In this document: positions 18,935 to 27,813 of the stretch, piece by piece
Numbering within the stretch: the stretch's first letter is position 1
Layout: each line of letters opens with the position of its first letter
NCBI GenBank assembly: GCA_963716175.1
Contig: OY970296.1
Span: forward strand, 1,632,001-1,696,000
Source of the DNA: an uncultured Armatimonadetes bacterium
Lineage (GTDB): Bacteria; Armatimonadota; Hebobacteria; Hebobacterales; Hebobacteraceae
Reading direction: 5' to 3'
Length of the DNA stretch: 64,000 nucleotides
Made by a program: the position numbers and the translations under genes
The notes under the pieces: generated by a model
The model's input: only the letters and a program-made list of their open reading frames with translations
What the model was told of the DNA's origin: nothing
Database searches by the model: none

Positions 18935-19822
18935 ATGAGCAAGAAGGTCTGGTATACGGGCGAGGAGATTGTGGGGGGCCCGCGCCGGCAGGGCATCGAG
19001 GAGCCGCTTCACATCCACTTCCACTTCATCCCGCCGCGGCCGGCCGACCTGTGCATGACGCTGGACCCGGTGTCCAAAGAGGTGAACGCGATGGCGGGGA
19101 CGGTGGGGCCGCTCACCTGGACGCCGCTGACCATCTGCCTGCATATCGAGATCAGCGAGCTGAGCGACACCTACCGCAATCTCATCGCCACCAAGGAATG
19201 CGTGATCGCGTTCCCCACCAAGACGCAGTTGCGGGAGACCTGGATCCTCAACATGCGGCTGCCGCGGGGGATCAGCGAGCTGGAGGTGGCGCGCCTCACC
19301 CCGCTGCCCTCGAAACTGGTGGCGCCTCCCGGGGTAGCGGAGTGCCCGGTCAACCTGGAGTGCAAGGTCGAGTTCCACAAGGACTACTATAGCCACGGGA
19401 TCTTCTTCTGCCGGGTGATCGGCGGCAGCATTGATGAGGAGATGCTCGGCTGGCCCCGGGAGCGGGTGATGAACCTGTACCCGACCTATGAGGTGGATGA
19501 CACTCGGAACCAGTGGGGCGGACACATCGAGCGGCTGGGAGTCCTGGGCGAACTCTACGAAACCCCGGTGTTCCCGATGGGGGTAAAGGAGGGGTGGTGG
19601 CCGGCCGGGATCGAGGAGTGGATCGAGCAGTTGAGAGAGGAAGGCCGCCTCAGCGTGGAGGAGGCGAGGAAGATGTCGGGGTGGCAGCAGACCTTCGCGG
19701 CGGAGTTCGAGAGACTGGATTCACCCGCGCGGGCGGGGGCCCGCGCCAAGCTTACCCGCGCCTGCGAGCTGATCGCGTGGGAGGAGTGGGAGAAGGTGAG
19801 GGAGCACTTGCGGGGGAGGTGA
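18935..19822 (+). CDS. Flavin reductase-like FMN-binding protein with a C-terminal extension
   Basis: IPPRPA, DTYRNL, SELEVARLTPLPSKLVAPPGVAECPVNLECK. Confidence 0.75.
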   Translation: MSKKVWYTGEEIVGGPRRQGIEEPLHIHFHFIPPRPADLCMTLDPVSKEVNAMAGTVGPLTWTPLTICLHIEISELSDTYRNLIATKECVIAFPTKTQLRETWILNMRLPRGISELEVARLTPLPSKLVAPPGVAECPVNLECKVEFHKDYYSHGIFFCRVIGGSIDEEMLGWPRERVMNLYPTYEVDDTRNQWGGHIERLGVLGELYETPVFPMGVKEGWWPAGIEEWIEQLREEGRLSVEEARKMSGWQQTFAAEFERLDSPARAGARAKLTRACELIAWEEWEKVREHLRGR

Positions 19823-19878
19823 GCGCGGGGCGCGGCGGTTTCGGGCAGTGAAGTCCGGAAGCACCAGCAACTGCCATC

Positions 19879-19901
19879 CGCAGATTGCGCAGATTACCCA
19901 G
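19879..19901 (+). repeat. Short tandem repeat (CGCAGATTN)n
   Basis: cgcagattg cgcagatta cccag. Confidence 0.55.
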
Positions 19902-20041
19902 CTAGCGCGGTCTCGGGACTGAAGTCCCGAAAGACCGAGAGCTGACCGCACATTCCGCATGGCTTCGCCCCTGCCCGTTGGGCCGGGGCATCAGTTGCCT
20001 CTGGTGAGTTGCCTCCTGCCCTGCGCTCTCCGCCGCGAATG

Positions 20042-20284
20042 CTACCAGAAATGCCGCTTGGCAAACGCCCAGCCCGACCCAGTCTTGAGGTAGGCCTCGA
20101 ACGCGGCGGCCCTCTTGTCGTCCGCAAAGGCAAGCGCAAGGCACAGGTTCCAAGGGCGGTACTTCGAGGTGTGAGGTGATTTGCCAGCGTTATGGTCGGC
20201 CAAGCGCGCTTCCACGTCCGATGTCAGACCGATGTATCGCTGTCTGGGATGGCTAACACTTCGCAGCAGGTATACGCACTTCAC
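20042..20284 (-). CDS. Small GIY-YIG nuclease family protein (80 aa)
   Basis: VYLLRS...YIGLTSDVEARLADHN...HTSKYRPW...FEAYLKTGSG. Start set at GTG 20284. Confidence 0.9.
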   Translation of the reverse strand: MKCVYLLRSVSHPRQRYIGLTSDVEARLADHNAGKSPHTSKYRPWNLCLALAFADDKRAAAFEAYLKTGSGWAFAKRHFW

Positions 20285-20498
20285 CTGACACGCTCCCGAG
20301 GCTGACTTGGCAGTGGCGCATACCCCACGTTGCCCCCTCCGCCGGAGCGACTCGGCCAAGCCTCCATCGCCCAGGGGCGTCGGGGAGCTATGTGGGGCAC
20401 CCTTCGCCCGAGTGACACCGATTGCTGGCCGCCTCCGTGCGAGAATGGCTTGCCACCCGAAGCTCCTTGGCGCCCGCTAGGGCGACAAGGGCGAAGGG

Positions 20499-20572
20499 TG
20501 GTGGAGCCAGGCGGATTCGAACCGCCGCCTCGTCCGTGCGAGGGACGCGTCTTCCCACTCGACTATGGCCCC
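20499..20572 (-). tRNA. tRNA-Ala (CGC)
   Basis: GGGGCCA...TGGCTCCACCA acceptor stem with a G3:U70 pair; anticodon arm CGTCC-CTCGCAC-GGACG; T-loop TTCGAAT; encoded CCA. Confidence 0.95.
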
Positions 20573-20594
20573 ACGAGGAGACGTGAGTACTGAA

Positions 20595-20762
20595 CGGCGG
20601 ACATGCAGTCCTGCTTCGCCAAGGCTTCGCAGGACAAGCGACATGCCCGCCCTACAAGCTACCAGAGAGCAGAGGCAGCGTCAAGCAAGACGCGCCCGCG
20701 GCAGCCATAGCATCCGCCCTACAGAACGGCCGGCGGGCATGCCTGCAGCATACCCGCCCTAC
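20595..20762. repeat. Cluster of three GTAG-type REPs
   Basis: Units ending in ccgccctac at about 20656, 20723 and 20762; the first carries cctgcttcgccaaggcttcgcagg in its loop. Confidence 0.7.
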
Positions 20763-20793
20763 TCGTGGGAGGGCGGCCGAAGGTCTGGTGCAT

Positions 20794-20834
20794 TCGAAGG
20801 GGGAGGCAGATCCTCCCCCTTCGATTCTTCCCCC
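20794..20834. repeat. 41-bp hairpin repeat / terminator-like
   Basis: Perfect 13-bp stem tcgaagggggagg-cagat-cctcccccttcga; copy of 12880-12920. Confidence 0.75.
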
Positions 20835-20838
20835 TCCT

Positions 20839-21678
20839 TCAGAGGCCGGCGGCACGCCAGACGCCGAGCAGGGCTTCGGCGGTCAGGCGGATGGCCTCCT
20901 CGGGCGGCAGGCCTCGCAGCTTCTTGCTGAAGGGCTCCGGAACGACTGGGCCGGTGTAGCCGATCTCCTTCAGACCGGTGAGAAAGCCGACCAGGTCAAT
21001 CACCCCGGACTCGCCGGGGAGCCGGCGATCGTTGTCTATCTGCTCATCCGGAGCTCGTCCCTCCGCACCGTCGTTGATGTGGACATCCACGATCAGGGCA
21101 TCACTGAGCCGGCGGAGGTCCTCCAGGGAGCCATGGGAGGTATACCAGTGGAAGCAGTCGAGGAGGAGGCCCACGTTCCCAGTGCCGATGGCCTGGCACA
21201 GGTCGAGCATGCCGTCCATGGTGTGGATGAACTCGTGGGTGTGCCCCTGGCGGAGGGTCTTGGGCCCGACGAACTCCAACCCGAGTCTGCAGCCGTGATC
21301 GGCCAGCACCTCGGCGCAGCCGCGCAAGCGCGTCCGGTGCAGCTCCAGGTTCTGTGCGAAGGTCAAGCTGTCGGAGAAGGGCAGAATCCAGGTCGAGCAG
21401 CGGTCGGCCCCGATCTGCTTGGCCGCCTTTGCCAGGCGGGACAACCCCGCCAGCCCCTGCCGATAGCTCTCCTCATCGGCCCGGAATTCCACGGGCAAAC
21501 CCCAGGCTGCCGGCAGCAGCTTGTTCTTCTCCAACACCGACCTCACCCCGCCGATGTCCGCGGCCGCGGCTTCGATGCTCACGCCAATGCCTTTGAAGCC
21601 CGCGCCCGCGGCCACCCGGGCACATTCCTCAGACGGCAGATCCACACCGATCGCACCTGGTTCCAGAGCTGGGTACAT
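20839..21678 (-). CDS. Sugar phosphate isomerase/epimerase (xylose isomerase-like TIM barrel)
   Basis: LGLEFVG, VGLLLDCFHW, VHIND, RRLPGESGVID, GYTGPVVPE. Confidence 0.88.
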   Translation of the reverse strand: MYPALEPGAIGVDLPSEECARVAAGAGFKGIGVSIEAAAADIGGVRSVLEKNKLLPAAWGLPVEFRADEESYRQGLAGLSRLAKAAKQIGADRCSTWILPFSDSLTFAQNLELHRTRLRGCAEVLADHGCRLGLEFVGPKTLRQGHTHEFIHTMDGMLDLCQAIGTGNVGLLLDCFHWYTSHGSLEDLRRLSDALIVDVHINDGAEGRAPDEQIDNDRRLPGESGVIDLVGFLTGLKEIGYTGPVVPEPFSKKLRGLPPEEAIRLTAEALLGVWRAAGL

Positions 21679-21914
21679 GAGTCCCTCCACAGAGAAGGTG
21701 GCGGCTGAAGGCAGGCCGCGGGCGCAAGGGTAACATGCTCCATCGCTCAGATCAAGTCACGTGTTGCTGGTTCACCCGGCATGGTGTTGACAAATTGTCG
21801 TTGAAATGGGATAAGTGTCACGGTATAGGCCTTAATAAGCTCAAATGGCAGGAGCCAGTCTCCAGAGGCGACTAAAGCTTCCGCCCAGCGAGGCGCAGCG
21901 GCAAGGGTTAGCTC

Positions 21915-22109
21915 ATGTACCTGATGTCGGTGGAGGAACTGGCGGAATACCTGGGGGAGAGCAAACGCACCATCTACCGATATATCCAGTCGGGCGATTG
22001 CCCGCGCTACGTCCGCCTGACGGCCCGCAACATCAAGTTCGACAAGCGGGACGTGGACGCGTGGCTGGAATCCAAGAAGGTGGACCCGGGAAAGAAGGGC
22101 GAGCGATGA
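21915..22109 (+). CDS. Excisionase/MerR-like helix-turn-helix protein
   Basis: LMSVEELAEYLGESKRTIYRYIQSGDCP...FDKRDVDAWL. Confidence 0.85.
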   Translation: MYLMSVEELAEYLGESKRTIYRYIQSGDCPRYVRLTARNIKFDKRDVDAWLESKKVDPGKKGER

Positions 22110-22702
22110 GCTGGTGGCACGCGGTCAGATGGGTGGCTCTGGTGGCGATAGCCCTAGTGGTGACAGTGGGGCTGGCGCGCCTGTTCTCGGGGCCGGAGGA
22201 CACCTGGATCAGGGACGCTTCGGGGCAGTGGGCAGCGCACGGCCACCCGGCCGGGCCGCCGCCCGGAGCCGATTACCAGCGCCCGTGGAGCGAGCGTTTC
22301 CTACCGGCGTTCTTCCTGGCGGCCTTTGGCGCCGGGCTGCTGGCGGCCTTTCTCCGGCCTGCCCGGTCACCGGCCGGGCCGGAATCGCTGCGCCGGGGGC
22401 TGCAGTTGCTGCGCGCAATCAGCGTGATCTCGCTGGTGCTGGCGGGCGGCCTGGCGCTGGCGCTGCCGCTGAGCCTGGTGTCGGGTCTGTGGATGGCCCC
22501 GGAGCGACCAGAGGGGTTTGACCTTATGAGCGCGGTGGTCCTGCTGGGGCTGGCCGGGCTGACCGGATTCCTGGCGCTGTTGGGGGCGGTTGCGCATGCG
22601 GCGAAGAAGGTGCTGGAGGCGCACTACGACCTCAAGCGGCAGATGGCGCTGCTGCAGGAGACGATTGACCAATGGCCGCGGGCGCGGCTTGACAGCGAGT
22701 GA
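22106..22702 (+). CDS. Hypothetical multi-pass membrane protein
   Basis: ATGA overlap with the HTH gene; about 4 hydrophobic helices; extracytoplasmic motif EDTWIRDASGQWAAHGHP. Confidence 0.7.
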   Translation: MSWWHAVRWVALVAIALVVTVGLARLFSGPEDTWIRDASGQWAAHGHPAGPPPGADYQRPWSERFLPAFFLAAFGAGLLAAFLRPARSPAGPESLRRGLQLLRAISVISLVLAGGLALALPLSLVSGLWMAPERPEGFDLMSAVVLLGLAGLTGFLALLGAVAHAAKKVLEAHYDLKRQMALLQETIDQWPRARLDSE

Positions 22703-22799
22703 GAGCTTGAGATATGGTCGGCGCACTCGGGTCGCGAGGCGCCATGGGGCAGACTGTCGTGCTGCCCCAGCGACTGGAGCACCGGATGGAGGGTAAGCG

Positions 22800-24137
22800 G
22801 TGAGCTTTTCGCCCCATACCAGGGAAGACGTGGAGAGGATGCTGCGGGCGATCGGCCTGCCCCAGGTGGACCGCCTGTTCGACGAGGTGCGGGCGGCCCT
22901 GCCCCCGGGCGAGGTGCCTGACCTGCCCAGCTACAGCGAATTCGAGCTTCGCCATCACCTTTGGGATATCGCCCGCCTGAACGGCCGCCCCGACCAGACC
23001 CCCTGTTTCCGGGGCGCGGGGGCCTACGAGCACTACGTCCCTGCGGCCGTTTCCCACATCATCTCGCGGGGCGAGTTCCTCACCGCCTACACTCCCTACC
23101 AGGCCGAGATCAGCCAGGGCACACTGCAGGCGATGTACGAGTTCCAGACCATGGTGTGCGAGCTGATGGGCCTGGAGGTGGCGAATGCCTCCATGTACGA
23201 TGGCGCTTCCGCGCTGGCGGAGGCGGCGCTGATGGCGATGCGGATCACCCGCAAGCGGCGTCTGCTGGTGTCCGCCGCGATCCACCCTCACTGGCTTCAG
23301 GTGGTGAGGACATATACCGCCAATGTGGAGCCCGAGATCGTGCTGCTGCCCGCTCCGCAGGGGGTGACCAGCAGGGAGGCGCTAGCCGACTGCTTGGATG
23401 AGGAGACGGCGGCGGTGATAGTGCAGAACCCGAACGTGTTCGGTCTGATTGAGCCCACGCGGGAGATCGGATCCCAGTTGCAGGGCAGGGGGCTGTACAT
23501 CATCGCGGCCTATCCCACCGCGCTGGGCTTGCTCGCCAGCCCCGGGGAGGCCGGGGCGGACATCGCGGTGGGCGAGGGGCAGCCGCTGGGGATTCCGCTC
23601 TCCTATGGCGGGCCCTATCTGGGCCTGTTCGCCACCCGGATGGAGCACTTGCGCCAGATGCCGGGGAGGATCGCGGGAGTGGCGTACGATGACCAGGGCC
23701 GGCGGGGATATGTGATGAGCCTGCAGGCGCGGGAGCAGCACATCCGCCGCGAGCGCGCCACCTCTAACATCTGCTCCAACCAGGCACTGTGCGGACTGGC
23801 GGCCACGGTCTACCTGTCGCTGATGGGCCCCAGCGGATTGCGCACTATCGCCGAGCGGAGCTTCGTGATCGCCCACCAGTTGTCGGAGCGGCTGGCGGCC
23901 CTGCCAGGCTGCTCCTTGGCCTTCGACCAGCCCTTCTTCAACGAGTTCCTGCTCAACCTGCCGGTGCCGGCGGAAGATATGGAGCGGGAGCTCTGGAACG
24001 ACGGCATCATCTCGGGCTTGCCGCTGGGACGGTGGTGGCCGGAGCGAGGTAACCAGATGCTGTTCTGCGCCACGGAGATCATCACCGAGGCCGCCATCCA
24101 CCGGCTGGTGGCGGGGATGGAGGAGGCACTGCCGTGA
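22800..24137 (+). CDS. gcvPA: Glycine dehydrogenase subunit 1
   Basis: EFLTAYTPYQAEISQG, NASMYDG, QAREQHIRRERATSNICSNQ. Confidence 0.95.
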   Translation: MSFSPHTREDVERMLRAIGLPQVDRLFDEVRAALPPGEVPDLPSYSEFELRHHLWDIARLNGRPDQTPCFRGAGAYEHYVPAAVSHIISRGEFLTAYTPYQAEISQGTLQAMYEFQTMVCELMGLEVANASMYDGASALAEAALMAMRITRKRRLLVSAAIHPHWLQVVRTYTANVEPEIVLLPAPQGVTSREALADCLDEETAAVIVQNPNVFGLIEPTREIGSQLQGRGLYIIAAYPTALGLLASPGEAGADIAVGEGQPLGIPLSYGGPYLGLFATRMEHLRQMPGRIAGVAYDDQGRRGYVMSLQAREQHIRRERATSNICSNQALCGLAATVYLSLMGPSGLRTIAERSFVIAHQLSERLAALPGCSLAFDQPFFNEFLLNLPVPAEDMERELWNDGIISGLPLGRWWPERGNQMLFCATEIITEAAIHRLVAGMEEALP

Positions 24138-25606
24138 GCGCGCGCACGATTTTCGAGAAAGGCCGGAGCGGCCGGGGCACCAGCTATGTCTCCGCGCGGT
24201 GGGATGGCAGGCCTGCGCGACCAGCTCCCGGCCGATGCGGCGAGGCAAAGGCCGCCGGCACTGCCCGAGGTGACCGAGGGGGAGGTGGTGCGCCACTACA
24301 CCAACTTGGCGCGGAAGAACTGGGCGGTGGATGTGGGGTTCTACCCGCTGGGGTCGTGCACCATGAAGTACAACCCGCGGGTGTCCGAGCAGATCGCGGC
24401 CTGGCCGGAATTCGCGGCCGCCCATCCCCTGCGGCCGGTGCGCGCGGCGCAGGGATGGCTGCGGATCATGTACGAGACCGAGCGCATGCTCTCGCAGCTC
24501 TGCGGAGTGGAGCGGTTCACGCTGCAGCCGGCGGCCGGGGCGCAAGGCGAGCTCTGCGGGATGCTGATGATCCGGCGTTACCACGCCGAGCGCGGTGATC
24601 GCCGCAACACCGTGATCGTGCCCGACAGCGCGCATGGCACCAATCCGGCGACCGCGGCGCTGGCCGGCTTCTCCGTCAGGACTTGCCCCTCCAAGGATGG
24701 GCTGGTTGACCTGGGGGCGCTGCGGAGTCTGCTGGACGACCAGGTGGCGGGGATCATGCTCACCAACCCCAACACTCTGGGTCTGTTCGAGCGCGATATT
24801 CAGGAGGTGTGTGGCCTGGTGCATGAGGCCGGGGGCTTAGCTTACTATGACGGGGCCAACTTCAACGCGCTGGTGGGCCGGTTTCGGCCGGGCGATATGG
24901 GCTTCGATGTAGTGCACTTGAACCTGCACAAGACGTTCGCTACGCCACACGGCGGGGGCGGCCCAGGCGCGGGGCCCGTGGGCGTGGTCGAGAAGCTGGA
25001 GGCGTATCTGCCGGTGCCGTTGGTGCGGAAAGGACCAGAGGAGTTCGAGCTGGAGGAGGATCGTCCCCGCAGCATCGGGCGGCTGAACGCGTTCGCGGGG
25101 AACGCGCTGGTGATCCTGCGCGCCTATGCCTATCTTCGCCTGTTGGGGACGGCCGGGCTGAGGGAGGCGAGCGGGGAGGCGGTGCTGGCGGCCAACTACC
25201 TGAAGCATCGGCTGGCCGGGGCCTATCAGCCTTCGCAACCGGGTCGCTGCATGCACGAGTTCGTGCTCTCTGCCGCGCGGCAGAAGGAGCGCGGGGTTCG
25301 CGCCCTGGACATTGCCAAGCGCTTGATTGACCTGGGGTTCCATCCGCCCACGGTCTACTTCCCGCTGACCGTGCCGGAGGCGCTGATGATCGAACCCACC
25401 GAGACCGAGAACCTCGAGACCCTGGATGCCTTTGCCGACGCCATGCTGGCCATCGCCGAGGAGGCGGAGAGCAACCCGGAGGTGCTGCACGGCGCTCCGC
25501 ATCACACCCCGGTGGGCCGCTTGAACGAGGTGGCGGCGGCGAAGGACCTGAACCTGCGGTGGCAACCGGGGACGGCGGAAGGGAGGGGGAACATGCCGGC
25601 GCGTGA
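24134..25606 (+). CDS. gcvPB: Glycine dehydrogenase subunit 2 (frameshift near 24200; reads through into gcvT as assembled, so the end is approximate)
   Basis: MSARTIFEKG N-terminus in one frame; YPLGSCTMKYNP, HLNLHKTFATPHGGGGPG and EPTETE in the other. Confidence 0.88.
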
Positions 25607-26720
25607 GTCACCGCTGGCGGCGCTGCACGAGGAAGCCCAGGCCAAGATGGTGGAGTACGCGGGGTGGCGGCTGCCTCTGCAGTACACCTCGGTGGCGGAG
25701 GAGGTGCAGAGCACGCGGCGCGCGGCCGGCCTGTTCGACATCTCGCACATGGGGAATCTCCACCTGCTGGGGCCGGGGGCCGTCCGGGCTGCGCGGAACC
25801 TGCTGACCCGGAACGTAAGCGCGATTCCGGTGGAGTGCAGCGCCTATGCCCTGCTGTGCAATGACCGGGGGAGGATCCGGGATGATCTGTTCGTGATGGT
25901 GATCTCGGAGGCGGCGGTGGGACTGGTGGTGAACGCGGTGAACCACGACCGGGACGTGGGGTGGCTGAAGGAGCGCCTGGCGCTGGACCTGCGGGTGGTG
26001 GTGGAGGATCTGCGAGAGCGGAGCTTTGGGGTGGCGCTGCAGGGGCCGCGATCGGAGCAGATCCTGCGGAGCGCCAACATCCAGGGGCGGTTCCCCGATC
26101 TGTTCGCGACCTTCTCCTATATGCGGCTGGCGCGGGTGGACGTGCTGGTCTCGCGCACCGGCTACACGGGTGAGGATGGGTTCGAGATCTTCGGGGCGGC
26201 GCGGGATGGCCCGCTGGTGTGGAGGACGATCCTGGATTTCGGGCGCGAGCACGGGCTGGTGCTGGCGGGGCTGGCGGCGCGGGACGTGCTGCGCCAGGAG
26301 ATGGGGTATCCGCTGTGGGGTCAGGACATTGACGAGCAGACCACACCCCTGGAGGCCGGCCTGGGATGGGCGATTGACTGGGAGGGGGAGTTCATCGGCC
26401 GGGCGGCCCTGGAAGGGGCCAAGGCGAACAGGCAGCGCATCGGGTTCACCATGCAGGAGCCGGGCGTGGCGCGACATGGCGCCGCGATCTCCCTGGCGGA
26501 TGAAGAGATCGGCGTCGTCACCAGTGGCACCTACTCCCACAATCTGGGGGCGGCGATCGGGCAGGGATATGTGGCCGCCTCTGCGAACGCGGCGGCCGGG
26601 GCCGAGATCGGCATCGAAGTGAGGGCGAGGCGCCTGCGGGCGAGAGTGGAGAGGCTGCCCCTGATTCCGAAGAAGACGCGCAAGAGCTGGAGACAGACCG
26701 CGGGGAGGAGAGGGTCGTGA
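25593..26720 (+). CDS. gcvT: Glycine cleavage aminomethyltransferase T
   Basis: ATG after the RBS gggagggg; GLFDISHMG, SRTGYTGEDGFE, GLAARDVLRQEMG, TPLEAGL. Confidence 0.92.
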   Translation: MPARESPLAALHEEAQAKMVEYAGWRLPLQYTSVAEEVQSTRRAAGLFDISHMGNLHLLGPGAVRAARNLLTRNVSAIPVECSAYALLCNDRGRIRDDLFVMVISEAAVGLVVNAVNHDRDVGWLKERLALDLRVVVEDLRERSFGVALQGPRSEQILRSANIQGRFPDLFATFSYMRLARVDVLVSRTGYTGEDGFEIFGAARDGPLVWRTILDFGREHGLVLAGLAARDVLRQEMGYPLWGQDIDEQTTPLEAGLGWAIDWEGEFIGRAALEGAKANRQRIGFTMQEPGVARHGAAISLADEEIGVVTSGTYSHNLGAAIGQGYVAASANAAAGAEIGIEVRARRLRARVERLPLIPKKTRKSWRQTAGRRGS

Positions 26721-27112
26721 ATGTCCCGGATGAGCTGAGCTACACGAACACTCATGAATGGATGCGGCGAGGGCCGGAGGGGGTGACGGTCGGGATCACT
26801 GACTATGCGCAGGGCGAGCTCACCGACATCGTGTTCGTGGAACTGCCGGAGGTGGGCCGCCATCTCAACGCGGGGGACGAGGTCTGCGCGCTGGAGTCGG
26901 TGAAGGCGGTGGCCTATGTCTACGCGCCGCTCGCCGGCACCATCTCCGCGGTGAATGAGAGGCTGCGCAAAGAGCCGGAGCTGGTGAACCAGCAGCCTTA
27001 TGAGGAGGGGTGGATCGTGCGGCTCACGCCGGACGATCCGGGGAAGACGGTGACGCTGCTCGACGCGGCGGCCTATCGGAAGAAGGTCGAGGCCGCGGGC
27101 GCAAGCGGCTGA
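26717..27112 (+). CDS. gcvH: Glycine cleavage H protein
   Basis: HEW, VGITDYAQ, ESVKA lipoyl site, PYEEGW. Confidence 0.95.
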   Translation: MNVPDELSYTNTHEWMRRGPEGVTVGITDYAQGELTDIVFVELPEVGRHLNAGDEVCALESVKAVAYVYAPLAGTISAVNERLRKEPELVNQQPYEEGWIVRLTPDDPGKTVTLLDAAAYRKKVEAAGASG

Positions 27113-27165
27113 CCGGCAGGCCGCGCGGGAGACGGCAGGTGGCGGCGATTCCCCTCTCTGTCACC

Positions 27166-27795
27166 TCACCGTCTCAGGCTGATCAGCGCGGCCAGCCCGA
27201 ACCCCAGGATGATGGCACCTGAGAGGCGGTTAGCCCAGCGCAGGCCCGCGGGGCTGAACCGCGACCGGGACAGGCCGACGCCCCCGCTCAGGATCGCCCA
27301 CCAGATGGCCGACCCCAGGAAGATGCCTGACACCAGGAGCGCGGCTGAGACGTAGCTCCTATCTCCTGCCGCCATCCCCAGCCCCGCAAACACCGCCGCG
27401 AAGAACAGGATGGTAACCGGGTTGGTGAGCGTGAGCAAGAGCGTGGAGGTGTAGGCGCCCAGCAGCCCATCCCCCACATCGGCGCGGACCTCCGGGCCGG
27501 GCCTGGCGACGAACGTCCTGAGGCCGAGGTAGAGCAGAAACGCGCCGCCCACCAAGCGAAGCCAGAGCTGCTGCTTGGTCAGGAAGGTCGAGACGGAGGT
27601 GAGGCCGAAGGCGGCGACCGCACCGTAGATGCCATCGGCGGTGGCCGCCCCGAGCCCGGAGGCCAGCCCGAAGGCGCGGCCCCTGGCCAGGGTCCGGCGC
27701 ACGCAGAGCACGGCGATGGGGCCTACCGGCGCGGCGATGGAGAAGCCGATCACCAGCCCCTTGACCAGGAATCCGAGACCCCTATCAGTGAGCAA
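27166..27795 (-). CDS. LysE family translocator
   Basis: GFSIAAPVGPI, GLGAATAD, TLTNPVTI. Confidence 0.9.
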   Translation of the reverse strand: MLTDRGLGFLVKGLVIGFSIAAPVGPIAVLCVRRTLARGRAFGLASGLGAATADGIYGAVAAFGLTSVSTFLTKQQLWLRLVGGAFLLYLGLRTFVARPGPEVRADVGDGLLGAYTSTLLLTLTNPVTILFFAAVFAGLGMAAGDRSYVSAALLVSGIFLGSAIWWAILSGGVGLSRSRFSPAGLRWANRLSGAIILGFGLAALISLRR

Positions 27796-27813
27796 GGCAG
27801 GCCCAGTTCTCCT

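Noticed and set aside
19990-20040. Glycine-riboswitch-like GGAGAG segment on the minus strand after the GIY-YIG gene
   Set aside because: There is no downstream gene in that orientation and the aptamer is incomplete.
20042-22702. Prophage or ICE at tRNA-Ala suggested by the excisionase-like HTH
   Set aside because: No integrase, phage genes or duplicated tRNA 3' end were found, and a metabolic gene intervenes.
22703-22799. Glycine riboswitch upstream of gcvPA
   Set aside because: No GGAGA...CCGAAG...CTCTCAGG aptamer pattern is visible.
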